A stretch of DNA of 63,629 bases, the filler included. It is 4 parts of 4 records of this genome, joined end to end, with 100 filler letters (N's around TTAATTAATTAA, not from the genome) between each part and the next. Parts side by side here need not be neighbours in the genome. Positions count along the whole stretch, not along the records: positions 1 to 26,270 come from SRR20825019_383; positions 26,371 to 40,263 come from SRR20825019_408; 2 more parts are not named here. One strand, given 5' to 3'. Below the pieces are notes generated by a model. The model was not told the origin of the DNA, searched no databases, and saw only the letters and a program-made list of their open reading frames with translations. Below are positions 20,583 to 30,851 of the stretch, in pieces (the first letter of the stretch is position 1; each line of letters opens with the position of its first letter). Made by a program: the position numbers and the translations under genes.

Positions 20583-20610
20583 GTAGAACAGTCTACGTAT
20601 AACGGTCTAC
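20583..20610. promoter_or_regulatory. Two tandem 14-bp quasi-palindromic operator candidates
   Basis: GTAGAACAGTCTAC directly followed by GTATAACGGTCTAC, between the divergent lacI and GH78 genes; resembles a LacI-type palindrome. Confidence 0.65.
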
Positions 20611-20644
20611 ACAAAATTGCAGGTGGGCCTGACTGAGGGAGGAA

Positions 20645-22978
20645 ATGATGAATATTGCAACCAGTGTCCGTGCGGACGCCGGCCTCACCAGGCGCGATTG
20701 GCAGGCGCAAATGATCGCGCCCGAAGTTGATGAAGGATGCGGAACGCGTCAAAGCTTCGTGGCGACGACATTCTCGCTGCCGGAAGGTGCCAGACCAAAA
20801 CTCTTCATATCCGCTCTCGGGCTTTATCGTGCTTTCGTAAACGGCAAACGTGTCGGTGACGATCTGCTGACGCCGGGCTGGACATGCTATGACAATCGCA
20901 TTGCCTATCAGTCTTATGACTTGTCTGACCTTGTCGTGCAGGGCGAAAATCGTATCGAGATATGGCTCGGTGATGGCTGGTATCGTTCGCAGATGATGTG
21001 GGAGCACCAGAAGGTTCTTAATTGCTGGGGTGAGCGAATTGCCGCGATTGCCGAAGTGACCGATGGCGATGCCGTGTTCCTGACCACTGATGCGAGCTGG
21101 AAAAGCGGGCTTTTGCCTGTCACGGCCTCGGGTATCTATTATGGCGAGGATTATGATGCCGGGCTGGATGTTCTGGAGGAGACCGGTGGTGTCGAGGTCC
21201 TTGATTTCGACCATGAAAAACTCGTCGCGCATGAAACCTTTCCCGTCCGTGAGCTGGAGCCAAACCCGCCTGTCGATGCATGGCGGGATGATGTTGGGCG
21301 CCACATTTATGACTTCGGGCAGAATGCCGGTGGCTATGTGCGCTTTACCGTGCGCGGGGAACGCGGCGCGTCCGTCTACGTTGATCATGCCGAAGTGCTG
21401 GGACCGGAAAAAACCTTCGACAATCGCAATTTCCGCGGTGCGCGTGCTGCCACCCGTTACATGCTGAAGGGAGAGGGCGAGGAGACCTATGCGCCGGTCT
21501 TTTCCTTCACAGGGTTTCGTTATGCCCGCCTCGCCGTTGAGGGCGATGTTGAAATCACTGCCGTCGAACAGGTGCCGATTTCATCGATCGTTGAGATAAA
21601 AGGTGGTTTTGAGTGCGGTGACCCGGCGGTCAACCGGCTGGTTCTGAATACTGTTTGGTCGCAGCGCGCCAACTTTATCGAAGTGCCGACCGATTGCCCG
21701 CAACGTGATGAACGGCTGGGCTGGACCGGAGATGCGCAGGTATTTGCGGGAACGGCCTGCTGGTTGGGCGATTGCCACACCTTTCTGAAAAAGTATCTGC
21801 GCGATGTGATGCATGATCAGCGGCCAAACGGTGCCGTGCCGCACTTTTCTCCCGATCCGACACGTCTTAACCGTGATATCTTTCCGGGAGACTGGGCGGG
21901 ATCGACCGGCTGGGGCGATGCGATCGTCACAATTCCCTGGCAGCTTTACCTGCATTACGGCGATCAGGACGCGTTGAAAGAGTGTTTTCCGGCAATGCTG
22001 CGCTGGCTGGATCATCTCTGGGCAATTTCGGATGGGCCAATCATTCATCCCAGTTCCGAATGGGGAGCACCGGGCTTCACTTTCGGCGACTGGTTGCAGC
22101 CGGTCGGTGACAATCGCAAACCGCGCCCGACAATCGCCGATGATTGCGCTGCAACGCTCTACCACTTCATCTCGACCGATCTGACAGCAAGGATCGCCGG
22201 TATTCTGGGCGATGAGGTGACGCAGAAGCACCTTGCCGCGCGTGCAAAAGAAATCCGCGAATCCTTTATCCATGAGTATTTCAGCGCCTCGGGCCGTCTG
22301 GCGCATAATGACCAGACATCATATGCACTTGCATTTCTGTATGACCTCGTGCCGGACGAGCATTTTGAAGCGGCAAAAGCCTATTTCCGTCGGGTGGTCG
22401 AGGATGCCGATTATCTGATCGGAACAGGCTTTATCGGAACACCGGCGCTTTTGCCGGCCCTGACGAAACTTGGCATGAACGATCTCGCAGAGAAGGTGTT
22501 TTTGAACCGTAAGGTTCCCGGCTGGCTCTATCAGGTCGAGCAGGGCGCAACGACGATCTGGGAGCGTTGGGATGCGATTGGTCCGGATGGCACGATCTAT
22601 GATCCGGATATGAACAGCTATAACCACTATGCTTATGGTGCTGTCTGCCAGTGGTTGTTTGAGGATGTTGCGGGCATTCATCTTGTGCCCGATGCACCGG
22701 GCTTCACGCAGGTGCATCTGAACCCGGCAATTCTGCCCGCTCTCGGCCATGTCGAGATGTGGCACGAAACCAAGGCCGGGCGCCTTTCCGCAGGTTGGCG
22801 GATCAACGGCGGCCGGGTCATCTACAATGTTAAACTTCCTGAAGGTGTCCGGGCGGTCTGGCGTTCCGCTGGGCGGGAAAATCTCAACGTCAATGGAAAA
22901 GCGGTCAGCCAGGAACAGGAGGAGATTGTTCTTGAAGCCGGAAGCCACGAAATCGGTTTCGATCTGAGCGGAGCGTAA
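20645..22978 (+). CDS. Alpha-L-rhamnosidase, GH78
   Basis: YDFGQN, PTDCPQRDERLGWTGD, GATTIWERW and MNSYNHYAYG motifs; GGAGG RBS. Confidence 0.95.
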   Translation: MMNIATSVRADAGLTRRDWQAQMIAPEVDEGCGTRQSFVATTFSLPEGARPKLFISALGLYRAFVNGKRVGDDLLTPGWTCYDNRIAYQSYDLSDLVVQGENRIEIWLGDGWYRSQMMWEHQKVLNCWGERIAAIAEVTDGDAVFLTTDASWKSGLLPVTASGIYYGEDYDAGLDVLEETGGVEVLDFDHEKLVAHETFPVRELEPNPPVDAWRDDVGRHIYDFGQNAGGYVRFTVRGERGASVYVDHAEVLGPEKTFDNRNFRGARAATRYMLKGEGEETYAPVFSFTGFRYARLAVEGDVEITAVEQVPISSIVEIKGGFECGDPAVNRLVLNTVWSQRANFIEVPTDCPQRDERLGWTGDAQVFAGTACWLGDCHTFLKKYLRDVMHDQRPNGAVPHFSPDPTRLNRDIFPGDWAGSTGWGDAIVTIPWQLYLHYGDQDALKECFPAMLRWLDHLWAISDGPIIHPSSEWGAPGFTFGDWLQPVGDNRKPRPTIADDCAATLYHFISTDLTARIAGILGDEVTQKHLAARAKEIRESFIHEYFSASGRLAHNDQTSYALAFLYDLVPDEHFEAAKAYFRRVVEDADYLIGTGFIGTPALLPALTKLGMNDLAEKVFLNRKVPGWLYQVEQGATTIWERWDAIGPDGTIYDPDMNSYNHYAYGAVCQWLFEDVAGIHLVPDAPGFTQVHLNPAILPALGHVEMWHETKAGRLSAGWRINGGRVIYNVKLPEGVRAVWRSAGRENLNVNGKAVSQEQEEIVLEAGSHEIGFDLSGA

Positions 22979-23032
22979 ACTGTCTTACTTTAACCCCGGC
23001 AAGAGGAGGCCGGGCATTTGGGAGGAGAAGTC

Positions 23033-24316
23033 ATGAAAACGAGATTTTTTGCTGCGACAGCAATGACTGTCTGCATTTCGGCGGCCGCCGGTGGGCAGGT
23101 CCTTGCCGAAGAACTCAGTCTGCTTGTCGACAACAGTCCGGATACAGTCGCCATCGCAGAAGCGCTGACGTCTGCCTATACGGAAAAAAATCCTGACGTT
23201 ACATTTTCTGTCGAAACACGGCCCGGCGGCGGTGAGGGCGACAACATCGTCAAGACCCGGCTTGCGACCGGTGAGATGACAGATGTGTTCCTGTATAATT
23301 CCGGCTCGCTCTTGCAGGCGCTCCGGCCTTCGCGCACGCTTGTTGCCCTGAACGATCTGCCGAACATGGACAATGTGATCGAAAGCTTTGCGACCACGGT
23401 CTCCGACAATGACGGTCATATTTATGGTGTTCCGGTGCAGCCGGCGATGGGTGGCGGCATTCTTTATCACATCCCGACCTATGAAGCGCTTGGCCTGGAG
23501 GTTCCCAAAACCTGGGATGCGTTCATGGACAACAATGCCGTGATTGCAGAACAGACCGACAAGGCACCGATCATCCAGACCTACCGTGACACCTGGACAT
23601 CGCAGCTTTTCGTGCTGGCTGACTACTACAACGTAAACACAGCGGAACCTGACTTTGCAGAACGGTTCACCGCCAACGAAGCGAAATTCGCAGATACACC
23701 TGCTGCCAAGAAGGGCTTTGAACGGCTGCAGGCCGCCCACGAGTCCGGTTATTTCAATGAGGACTTCGGTGCCGCGGCCTACAATGACGGGCTGCGCATG
23801 GTTGCGACCGGCGAAGGGGTTCATTACCCGATGCTGACCTTTGCGATTGCGGCAATCCAGCAGAACCATCCGGAGCAACTGAAAGATGTCGGCTTTTTTG
23901 CCCAGCCCGGCGATGATGCAGAGAGTAACGGTCTGACCGTCTGGATGCCTGCCGCTTATTATGTGCCGAAAGGGGGCGATCACGTCGATATCGCCAAGGA
24001 TTTTGTCAATTTCGTTGCAACGCCTGAAGCCTGCGACCTGATGAGCGAAGCGGTTGGCGCTACAGGCCCCTATCTGATCAAGGGCTGCACATTGCCTGAC
24101 GATGTGCCGCCATCCGTTGCCGACATGATGCCTTACTTCCAGGAGGAAGGGCGGACCGCACCTGCGCTTGAATTCCTCTCTCCCGTCAAGGGACCGGGGC
24201 TGGAGCAGATCACGGTTGAGGTGGGCACAGGTATCCGCGATGCAGACAGTGCCGCAGCACTTTACGACCGCGATGTCGAAAAACAGGCCAAACAGCTTCG
24301 TCTGCCGAATTGGTAA
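23033..24316 (+). CDS. Sugar ABC transporter substrate-binding protein (CUT1)
   Basis: Signal peptide, GGAGG RBS, VPKTWDAF motif; first gene of a CUT1 transporter set. Confidence 0.9.
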   Translation: MKTRFFAATAMTVCISAAAGGQVLAEELSLLVDNSPDTVAIAEALTSAYTEKNPDVTFSVETRPGGGEGDNIVKTRLATGEMTDVFLYNSGSLLQALRPSRTLVALNDLPNMDNVIESFATTVSDNDGHIYGVPVQPAMGGGILYHIPTYEALGLEVPKTWDAFMDNNAVIAEQTDKAPIIQTYRDTWTSQLFVLADYYNVNTAEPDFAERFTANEAKFADTPAAKKGFERLQAAHESGYFNEDFGAAAYNDGLRMVATGEGVHYPMLTFAIAAIQQNHPEQLKDVGFFAQPGDDAESNGLTVWMPAAYYVPKGGDHVDIAKDFVNFVATPEACDLMSEAVGATGPYLIKGCTLPDDVPPSVADMMPYFQEEGRTAPALEFLSPVKGPGLEQITVEVGTGIRDADSAAALYDRDVEKQAKQLRLPNW

Positions 24317-24323
24317 GATGCTT

Positions 24324-24360
24324 GAGACCGGGCCGGAACGACAAGTCCGGTCCGGCCCTC
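24324..24360 (+). other. Stem-loop after the SBP gene
   Basis: CCGGGCCGGA...TCCGGTCCGG inverted repeat just after the stop codon. Confidence 0.5.
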
Positions 24361-24445
24361 AAGAGTCCCGTGACAGGACTGGCCTGACTTCAGACAAAGG
24401 GTCGATCCTGCGCTTTGCTTTTTGCCGCATCGGAGCCTGGCTGAT

Positions 24446-25306
24446 ATGCAAATGAAATCACCTTATCCATACTGGTTCCTGGCCCCGGCCGCCGTGGTTT
24501 TCACGGTGATGTTTCTGGTGCCGACCGCCGCTTCATTCTGGTTCAGCCTGACGAACTGGGATCTGTTCGGCTTCCAGTTCATCGGCTTTCAGAACTTTAT
24601 CGACTTCTTCCGTGAGCCCTTTTTGATCAAGGGTATGACCAATACCGTCATCTTTGCGCTTTTGACATCCGGGGCCAAGACGGTGCTGGGTCTTTTGCTT
24701 GCTGTGCTGCTGACATCGGGCCTGTTCGGTCAGGGTTTGCTCCGCTCGATCGTGTTCTTCCCGGTGCTGGTTTCCACCATCGGCGTCGGCATTCTGTTTT
24801 CGGAAATGATGCACCCGACCCATGGTGCGATTAATGTCGCGCTCGAATTTATTGGCATTGACGGACCGGGCTGGCTGACAAATCCTAAACTGGCGCTCTA
24901 TTCCGTTGTTCTTGTCGATATCTGGCGTGGGGTCGGGCTTGCAACGCTGATCTATATCGCCGGTCTCGCCGCTATCGGGCAGGAGTATTACGAGGCGGCG
25001 CGGATTGACGGTGCGACCCGGTTTCAGCTGTTCTGGCGGGTAACAGTTCCCCTGGTGCGCCCGGCAACGACAACGGTGGTTATCCTGTCGCTGATTGGCG
25101 GCCTGCGCCTGTTCGATCTCATCTGGGCTATGACCCGCGGCGGCCCCGGCTTTTCATCCGATGTGCTGGCCTCGGTTATCTATAAACAGTATCAGGCCGG
25201 ATTTTACGGCCTCTCCACTGCGGGCAATGTCATCCTGTTCGTGCTGATCGCCTGCATTATCTCACCCTTGGCCTGGTGGTTCAATCGCAAGGAGGTGGAT
25301 CTGTGA
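24446..25306 (+). CDS. Sugar ABC permease (MalF/UgpA-like)
   Basis: TM segments; YYEAARIDGA EAA loop. Confidence 0.93.
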   Translation: MQMKSPYPYWFLAPAAVVFTVMFLVPTAASFWFSLTNWDLFGFQFIGFQNFIDFFREPFLIKGMTNTVIFALLTSGAKTVLGLLLAVLLTSGLFGQGLLRSIVFFPVLVSTIGVGILFSEMMHPTHGAINVALEFIGIDGPGWLTNPKLALYSVVLVDIWRGVGLATLIYIAGLAAIGQEYYEAARIDGATRFQLFWRVTVPLVRPATTTVVILSLIGGLRLFDLIWAMTRGGPGFSSDVLASVIYKQYQAGFYGLSTAGNVILFVLIACIISPLAWWFNRKEVDL

Positions 25307-26142
25307 GCCTGAAAAACAGAAATCGGCGGAAGCTGATCCACGGGATTGTGGCGCTCTCCTTCGCCTTTGTCCTCTTTGTCATTCCTTTCATTTATGTGCT
25401 GATCAACGCAGCAAAATCGCCGGCGGAATCGGCAAGTCCGAGCTTTGCCATGCCAAGCGAGTGGCATCTCTGGCAAAACCTTGTCGCCGTAGTTCAGGCG
25501 CGCGATTACATGTTGCTGCTGGCTTATTTCAATTCCACGGTGATCACTGTTGGCGCGATCACACTGCTCGTCATCTTTGGCGCAATGGTCGGTTATGTCC
25601 TGCAACGCAGGCCGTCGAAGTTCAATCGCGTGATCTACGCTTTTGTGCTGGCCGGACTGATGATCCCACCAGCCGTGGTGCCAACCATCTGGGTGCTTCA
25701 GGGCCTTGGTCTGTTCAAGACATTGCACGGCATGATCCTGATTCAGTTTGCCTATGGGCTTTCGTTCACAGTGCTGCTTTACCGCGCTTTCATCGCCACC
25801 ATTCCGCGTGATCTGGATGAGGCGGCACTGATTGATGGTGCGAAGCCGTGGCAGATCTTCTTCAAGGTGGTGCTGCCTCTGTTAAAGCCGGTGACCGTTA
25901 CCGTTATCGTCGTTCAGTCGATCACGATCTTCAACGACTTTACTCACCCGCTTTATTATCTGCCGGGAAGCGATAATGTGACCGTTCAGATCACGCTTTA
26001 TAACTTTCAGAGCCAGTTCGTCAGCCAGATGAACCTCCTGTTCATGAATATCCTGCTGGTGACGATCCCGCCATTTCTCGTTTTCATCTTCTTCAACCGA
26101 CAGATCGTCGCCGGCATGACGTCGGGCGCTGTGAAAGGATAA
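25303..26142 (+). CDS. Sugar ABC permease (MalG/UgpE-like)
   Basis: GTG start overlapping the upstream TGA, with AGGAGG RBS; LDEAALIDGA; GAVKG C-terminus. Confidence 0.93.
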   Translation: MSLKNRNRRKLIHGIVALSFAFVLFVIPFIYVLINAAKSPAESASPSFAMPSEWHLWQNLVAVVQARDYMLLLAYFNSTVITVGAITLLVIFGAMVGYVLQRRPSKFNRVIYAFVLAGLMIPPAVVPTIWVLQGLGLFKTLHGMILIQFAYGLSFTVLLYRAFIATIPRDLDEAALIDGAKPWQIFFKVVLPLLKPVTVTVIVVQSITIFNDFTHPLYYLPGSDNVTVQITLYNFQSQFVSQMNLLFMNILLVTIPPFLVFIFFNRQIVAGMTSGAVKG

Positions 26143-26145
26143 ATC

Positions 26146-26270
26146 ATGGCCGATGTTCTCTTAAAAGAAATCCGAAAATCCTTTGGTGCACTTGAAGTGA
26201 TCAAGGGTATCAACCTCACTGTTGAAGCGGGAGAGTTTTGCGTTTTCGTCGGCCCGTCCGGCTGCGGAAA
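26146..26270 (+). CDS. Sugar ABC ATP-binding protein (MalK/UgpC-like), cut at contig end
   Basis: MADVLLKEIRKSFGALEVIKGINL...VGPSGCGK (Walker A) runs into the N spacer. Confidence 0.9.
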
Positions 26271-26370
26271 NNNNNNNNNNNNNNNNNNNNNNNNNNNNNN
26301 NNNNNNNNNNNNNNTTAATTAATTAANNNNNNNNNNNNNNNNNNNNNNNNNNNNNNNNNNNNNNNNNNNN
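26271..26370. other. Artificial contig spacer
   Basis: N44-TTAATTAATTAA-N44 (stops in all six frames). Confidence 0.98.
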
Positions 26371-27306
26371 CTGACGGTCGGGCCGATGTTGCTGGGGCTG
26401 AGCCTTTCGGTGGCATCCTATATTTTTGCCATGCGCTATATGGTCGGGGGCGACGGGCTGGGTGAACATATCGGGCAATTGACGTTTTTGGCCCCTTTCC
26501 TGCTATCCTCGATTGCCTTCTCGCTTTTGTTTATCGGCATGCCGAACCGTTCTGTCGTGATCATTGACGGTATTTTGGGCGGCTTGGTGGCGGCTGGATT
26601 GTTCGAGGCGCTTAAAAAAGGGTTCGGGTATTACGTTATTAATTTCCCGACCTATCAGACGATCTATGGCGCCGTGGCGATTGTACCGATCTTCCTGTTA
26701 TGGATGTATCTGACCTGGATTGTTGTGCTGCTGGGCGCACAGGTTGCTGCCGCGCGATCCGAATGGCGTGCGGCACGTGCCGCTGGGCTGATCCCCGATC
26801 CGCGGGGTGCCGTGCCCGGCCATATGGAACGCATTATCGCGGTGTTACGCGTTCTGGAATATTTGCAACATGGTTTCCGCGAAGCAACCAAACCGCCGAC
26901 CTATCGCCGCATGTTGCGCGAAACCAAGCTGGGCGGGCGGGATCTTAACTGGGCCTTGGCGGCCCTTCGGCGTGAAAAGCTGATTGAACGGTCCGAAAGC
27001 CACCGCTGGCTTTTATCAGGCGATCTGTCGCGGATCACGCTGGTGGATCTGATGTCCAGACTGGGGCTGTTTCTGGATTATGACCGGTTGCTTCTGGTTA
27101 ATGCCGATGGCGGTTGGCCAGGAGCCATGCGCGAACGTCTGGTGGAACTGGAAAAAACGCGAAAATCCGTTCTGGATGTTGAAATTGCTGCCCTGCTTGA
27201 TTTGCCAAAACCCGATGATACAGCCCCCAAGCAGGTTGAAACCAAGCCCGAAGACGGAAAGAAAGACGAAATCGGCCCAAAAGACATGACCGAAATCGTC
27301 GATTAA
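26371..27306 (+). CDS. YihY/BrkB-family inner membrane protein with C-terminal winged-helix-like extension, 5'-truncated
   Basis: LTVGPMLLG, YQTIYGAVAIVPIFLLWMYLTWIVVLLGA; frame is open from the contig start. Confidence 0.85.
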   Translation: MTVGPMLLGLSLSVASYIFAMRYMVGGDGLGEHIGQLTFLAPFLLSSIAFSLLFIGMPNRSVVIIDGILGGLVAAGLFEALKKGFGYYVINFPTYQTIYGAVAIVPIFLLWMYLTWIVVLLGAQVAAARSEWRAARAAGLIPDPRGAVPGHMERIIAVLRVLEYLQHGFREATKPPTYRRMLRETKLGGRDLNWALAALRREKLIERSESHRWLLSGDLSRITLVDLMSRLGLFLDYDRLLLVNADGGWPGAMRERLVELEKTRKSVLDVEIAALLDLPKPDDTAPKQVETKPEDGKKDEIGPKDMTEIVD

Positions 27307-27390
27307 AGTGTTCCGAAGGCATCAAAATACAAGGCTGGGTTTGTGTTCCCCGGCCTTGTTTCGTTTGGGGAATTGTGCTGTTCGTCAAGG

Positions 27391-28059
27391 TTAGTTTTTG
27401 GAAACTTCCTGCGCGATTTCATTTAGTGCCTTGGCTATTTCCGCCCGACGTCCGGCATCCGCCGATGCGCGGCCGGGGCGCTCGGGTGCGTTCAATGCTT
27501 TTTCCAGATAAACCTTGGCTTCGGTGTAATGATTATTCTGAAGCAGGAAATCGCCATAGAAATAGTTAGGGTCAATCCCGTCAGGATTAAGTTCCAAAGC
27601 CTTTTTCAGGAATTCTTCGGCCTTGCTGTCACTGCCAAAGGCAAGCGGCCATGGGGGCACCTGATAATAAAGCGATCCCAGTGACGTATAGGCCGATCCA
27701 TCAAGTGCTGTTGGATCGAGGGTAATCGACTTTTCAAACAAATCGCGCGCGTCGTTTACTTTGCCAAGGGCGGAAATGCCGCGCACGATACCGGCATCGG
27801 TCGACAGGACAATACCCTGCCAGATCATGACTTCGGGACTATCCGGATAGAGGTTCAGCAGACTTTCGCCCTCGGTTTCAAGTTGGTGAATGGCATCAAG
27901 CTGCTGTTTTTCATCCGTCATCTGGTACTTGATGCGGGCCCATTCTTCCTGCAGATGGGCAACGCCATTCATGGCCTCGTTATTGGCCGTGTCGGCATTG
28001 GCAGACAAAGGCAGGCCAAGCGCAAAGGCGCATATCATGGCAAAACAGGTGATTTTCAT
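27391..28059 (-). CDS. Exported TPR-repeat protein
   Basis: Signal peptide (ANA-D); SAYTSLGSLYYQVPPWP, ALELNPDGIDPNYFYGDFL; ATGA overlap with the SDR gene. Confidence 0.85.
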   Translation of the reverse strand: MKITCFAMICAFALGLPLSANADTANNEAMNGVAHLQEEWARIKYQMTDEKQQLDAIHQLETEGESLLNLYPDSPEVMIWQGIVLSTDAGIVRGISALGKVNDARDLFEKSITLDPTALDGSAYTSLGSLYYQVPPWPLAFGSDSKAEEFLKKALELNPDGIDPNYFYGDFLLQNNHYTEAKVYLEKALNAPERPGRASADAGRRAEIAKALNEIAQEVSKN

Positions 28060-28841
28060 GCCGGGTGGCTCCTTGGGTTGGCGTCCTGTTTGTTGGCGAT
28101 CAGGGGGATTGGTGCAACTACCTGCTCGGCCGTGAGGATTTCTTCGCCGATGGTGGTGTTTTTACGAAGTCCCCTGTCGACGATGCTCGGTATGACGGCA
28201 TTGATCAGGGCAAAAAGCCGTTCCGGCCAGCCGATCCGAACATCGGTTTTGTCTTGTTCAATCGCATTGACGATCTGACGGGCAACGTCACGTGGATCGT
28301 CTTCGGTGACATTTGTGCGACGGTTAAGCAGCCCTGCCTTGCCGCTGTTCATGGTGGTACGAACCGCACGCGGGGCGATGTGACTTATGGTGATGCCCGT
28401 GCCGGACAGTTCACGACGCAGCGCATCGCTATATCCCTTAAGCCCGGATTTGGCTGCGACATAGCCGGTCATATGGGGCAACGGGATCAATCCGGTCATT
28501 GATCCGATATTGACGATCTGACCGCTACCGCGTTTGCGCATGGCCGGAAGAACGGCCTGGCACAGGCGCATTGGCACCAAAAGGTTCAGCGTCACAAGCG
28601 CGTCGTAATCCTGATCTTCGGCATGATTGAAATCATTGATCCCAGCCAGATTGATCAGGATGTCGGGTGTGTGTTCACGCAATGCCTTGCAGGTCGTATC
28701 GATGCTTTCCATCAGGTTGCCCTGCGTCGTGCGGTCATAGGCAACGACATTTGACCCGCGTTCGATCAGCAGGTTGACCAGTGGCATGCCAATGCCGCCA
28801 GTCGCGCCCGTCAGGAAAACGGATTTTCCATCAAGCAACAT
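28056..28841 (-). CDS. Short-chain dehydrogenase/reductase
   Basis: TGATGGIG, INLAG and YVAAK motifs. ATG 28841 overlaps the upstream gene end. Confidence 0.9.
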   Translation of the reverse strand: MLLDGKSVFLTGATGGIGMPLVNLLIERGSNVVAYDRTTQGNLMESIDTTCKALREHTPDILINLAGINDFNHAEDQDYDALVTLNLLVPMRLCQAVLPAMRKRGSGQIVNIGSMTGLIPLPHMTGYVAAKSGLKGYSDALRRELSGTGITISHIAPRAVRTTMNSGKAGLLNRRTNVTEDDPRDVARQIVNAIEQDKTDVRIGWPERLFALINAVIPSIVDRGLRKNTTIGEEILTAEQVVAPIPLIANKQDANPRSHPA

Positions 28842-30849
28842 TTTTACGTTGTCCTTCATGCGGGATCGCCGCAAACAGATTGGCAAACAGCCGGAAGGTG
28901 TTTTGCGCGACTTCGATGATGGCGGCCTGATCAGCCGGATCGGTGACCTGATTGACGGTCTTTTCGAAGAATTTCATGTGTTCAAGATCAAGGGTGCCGT
29001 GCGAAAACAGATAGCTGAATGCTGATTTCGGCAAATCAAGGCCGGTCATGACGGCATCCGCACCCTGACTGGCGATTTGGGTGGATGTGCTTTCAAGCAT
29101 GAAGACCATACCAAGGAAACCGACCGGGTTCTTACGGCTGATATAGTCGTAGTTATAGGCAACCATCACCTGGGTTTCGAGGTTCGGTATCGCTTGGCGG
29201 GCGGCTTCGCGGTTACCACCGGCGGCTTCGATATCATTGAGAATCCATTCTTCGTGGCCTTCTTCTTCTTCGAGATATTCAATGATCGCCTTGTGCAGCC
29301 AGCGTTTTTCATCTGGCATACGCGATCCCATTGCCATCAGGAAGGGAACGGTGTGTTTGACATGGTGATATGCCTCCGTCAGGTAGGCGACATAGGTTGA
29401 CCGTGAAATGCGACCTTGCAGGCCATCAACAAGCTGGGGAACGTGATAAAGGGACGCGCGGGCTTCGGCGGTTTCGGCAACAAGGCGATCATAAAAATTC
29501 ATGGTTTTCTCCGGGACGGACAAGGGGGATGTGTAAAGTTTGGCAATCGCCTCGCGGCGCGGGCGTCCGGTGCCTGTCAGGCAGCCGTTTTCGACCGTAA
29601 AGGGGGCAACGATGCGGGTATGTTTGATGTGTGCGTAATCGGGCAGGCCAGCATTGGCCGCGGCAACCGCGGCACTGACATCGGCGGTCGGACCGGTCGG
29701 AACGATCAGGGCGCTTAGTTCCGGTTCCCCATCGCCAAAGACCATGGCCTGATAGATGCCTGGCTGGGCCAAAATGGCGGCTTCGGGCCATTCGGGGGAA
29801 ATGTTGCGCCCAAACGATGTGATCAGGACATTTTTGCATCGACCAGTCACACAGACGAAACCATCGTCATCAATCTGCCCCAGATCGCCGGTTGCAAGAA
29901 AGGCCGGTGCTGCTTCGCCGACATAGCCAAGGAAACCGGGATTTTCGATGATGATTTCATCGTTGGAAATCTCGGCCTTTACATGGGGCAAAAGCGTTCC
30001 GGTGGTGCCGGGCTTATCTTTGCCCGGTACATTCATTGAAACGACCGATGCGCATTCCGAAAGACCATATCCTTCGTAAACCGGAAGCCCGATATGGCGG
30101 GCCTTGGCAATCAGGGCAGGATCAACACGCGATCCACCAACCGCAATGAATTTAAGGTCAGGAAGGCGACCCTTGCGGATGACCAGCATCATCAGCGCAC
30201 GCAGGATTTCAGGCACCAGAATGACCGATGTCGCGCGGGTATCCTTAAGGATTTCGTGCAGGCCCTGATATTGCGGCCCGAACTGGCCAAGCGGTGTCAG
30301 GGTAATGGTACACCCGGCCAGAAGACCGGCATAAACCCCCGCGACATTTTCCAGAAGTACTGCAAGTGGCAGCACACAGGCATGGGTGCCAGCAAAATCA
30401 TCGCCCAGCATCGCGTGGATCGAAGACGCAACAGTGATCATCGCCGATGCGGGCAGGCAAACGCCCTTTGGCGTACCGGTGGTGCCGGATGTGAAGGTGA
30501 TTTTTGCCGTGCCATCGGGGATGTCGGGCGAACGCGACTGCCCTGTTTCCGCCATTCCATTAGCCGTCAGCATGTGGGTGATGCCCGCGGTCACAATTGT
30601 GTGATTGATCTGATCGCGGGTGAAAAATGGCGGGATCGGGACGCATACAATACCGGCCGATAGGGCGGCAAGGTCCCAGACCAGCCAGTCGATCCCGTTA
30701 TCAAGTGCTATACCCAGTACATCGACATCTGCAAGTTCAAGACAACGTGCGTCGATCAGGTCGGAGAGGTCGCCATAGGTTACTCTATCATCGCCTTCGC
30801 GGAGCGCGACTTGATCGGCGTTATGGGTGCGGATGCATTCGAACAGCAT
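28831..30849 (-). CDS. Adenylate-forming (AMP-binding) enzyme fused to a heme-oxygenase-like (CADD/PqqC/TenA-fold) iron-binding domain
   Basis: N-part: FTSGTTGTPKG, YEGYGLSE, TGDLG, GRCKN. C-part from Met at 29502: EAYHHV, EEEGHEEW, MLES, HGTLDLEH. Confidence 0.88.
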   Translation of the reverse strand: MLFECIRTHNADQVALREGDDRVTYGDLSDLIDARCLELADVDVLGIALDNGIDWLVWDLAALSAGIVCVPIPPFFTRDQINHTIVTAGITHMLTANGMAETGQSRSPDIPDGTAKITFTSGTTGTPKGVCLPASAMITVASSIHAMLGDDFAGTHACVLPLAVLLENVAGVYAGLLAGCTITLTPLGQFGPQYQGLHEILKDTRATSVILVPEILRALMMLVIRKGRLPDLKFIAVGGSRVDPALIAKARHIGLPVYEGYGLSECASVVSMNVPGKDKPGTTGTLLPHVKAEISNDEIIIENPGFLGYVGEAAPAFLATGDLGQIDDDGFVCVTGRCKNVLITSFGRNISPEWPEAAILAQPGIYQAMVFGDGEPELSALIVPTGPTADVSAAVAAANAGLPDYAHIKHTRIVAPFTVENGCLTGTGRPRREAIAKLYTSPLSVPEKTMNFYDRLVAETAEARASLYHVPQLVDGLQGRISRSTYVAYLTEAYHHVKHTVPFLMAMGSRMPDEKRWLHKAIIEYLEEEEGHEEWILNDIEAAGGNREAARQAIPNLETQVMVAYNYDYISRKNPVGFLGMVFMLESTSTQIASQGADAVMTGLDLPKSAFSYLFSHGTLDLEHMKFFEKTVNQVTDPADQAAIIEVAQNTFRLFANLFAAIPHEGQRKNVA

Positions 30850-30851
30850 GA

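Noticed and set aside
26271-26370. TTAATTAATTAA palindrome within N runs (also at 40308 and 52480)
   Set aside because: Identical synthetic linker used to join contigs; not biological.
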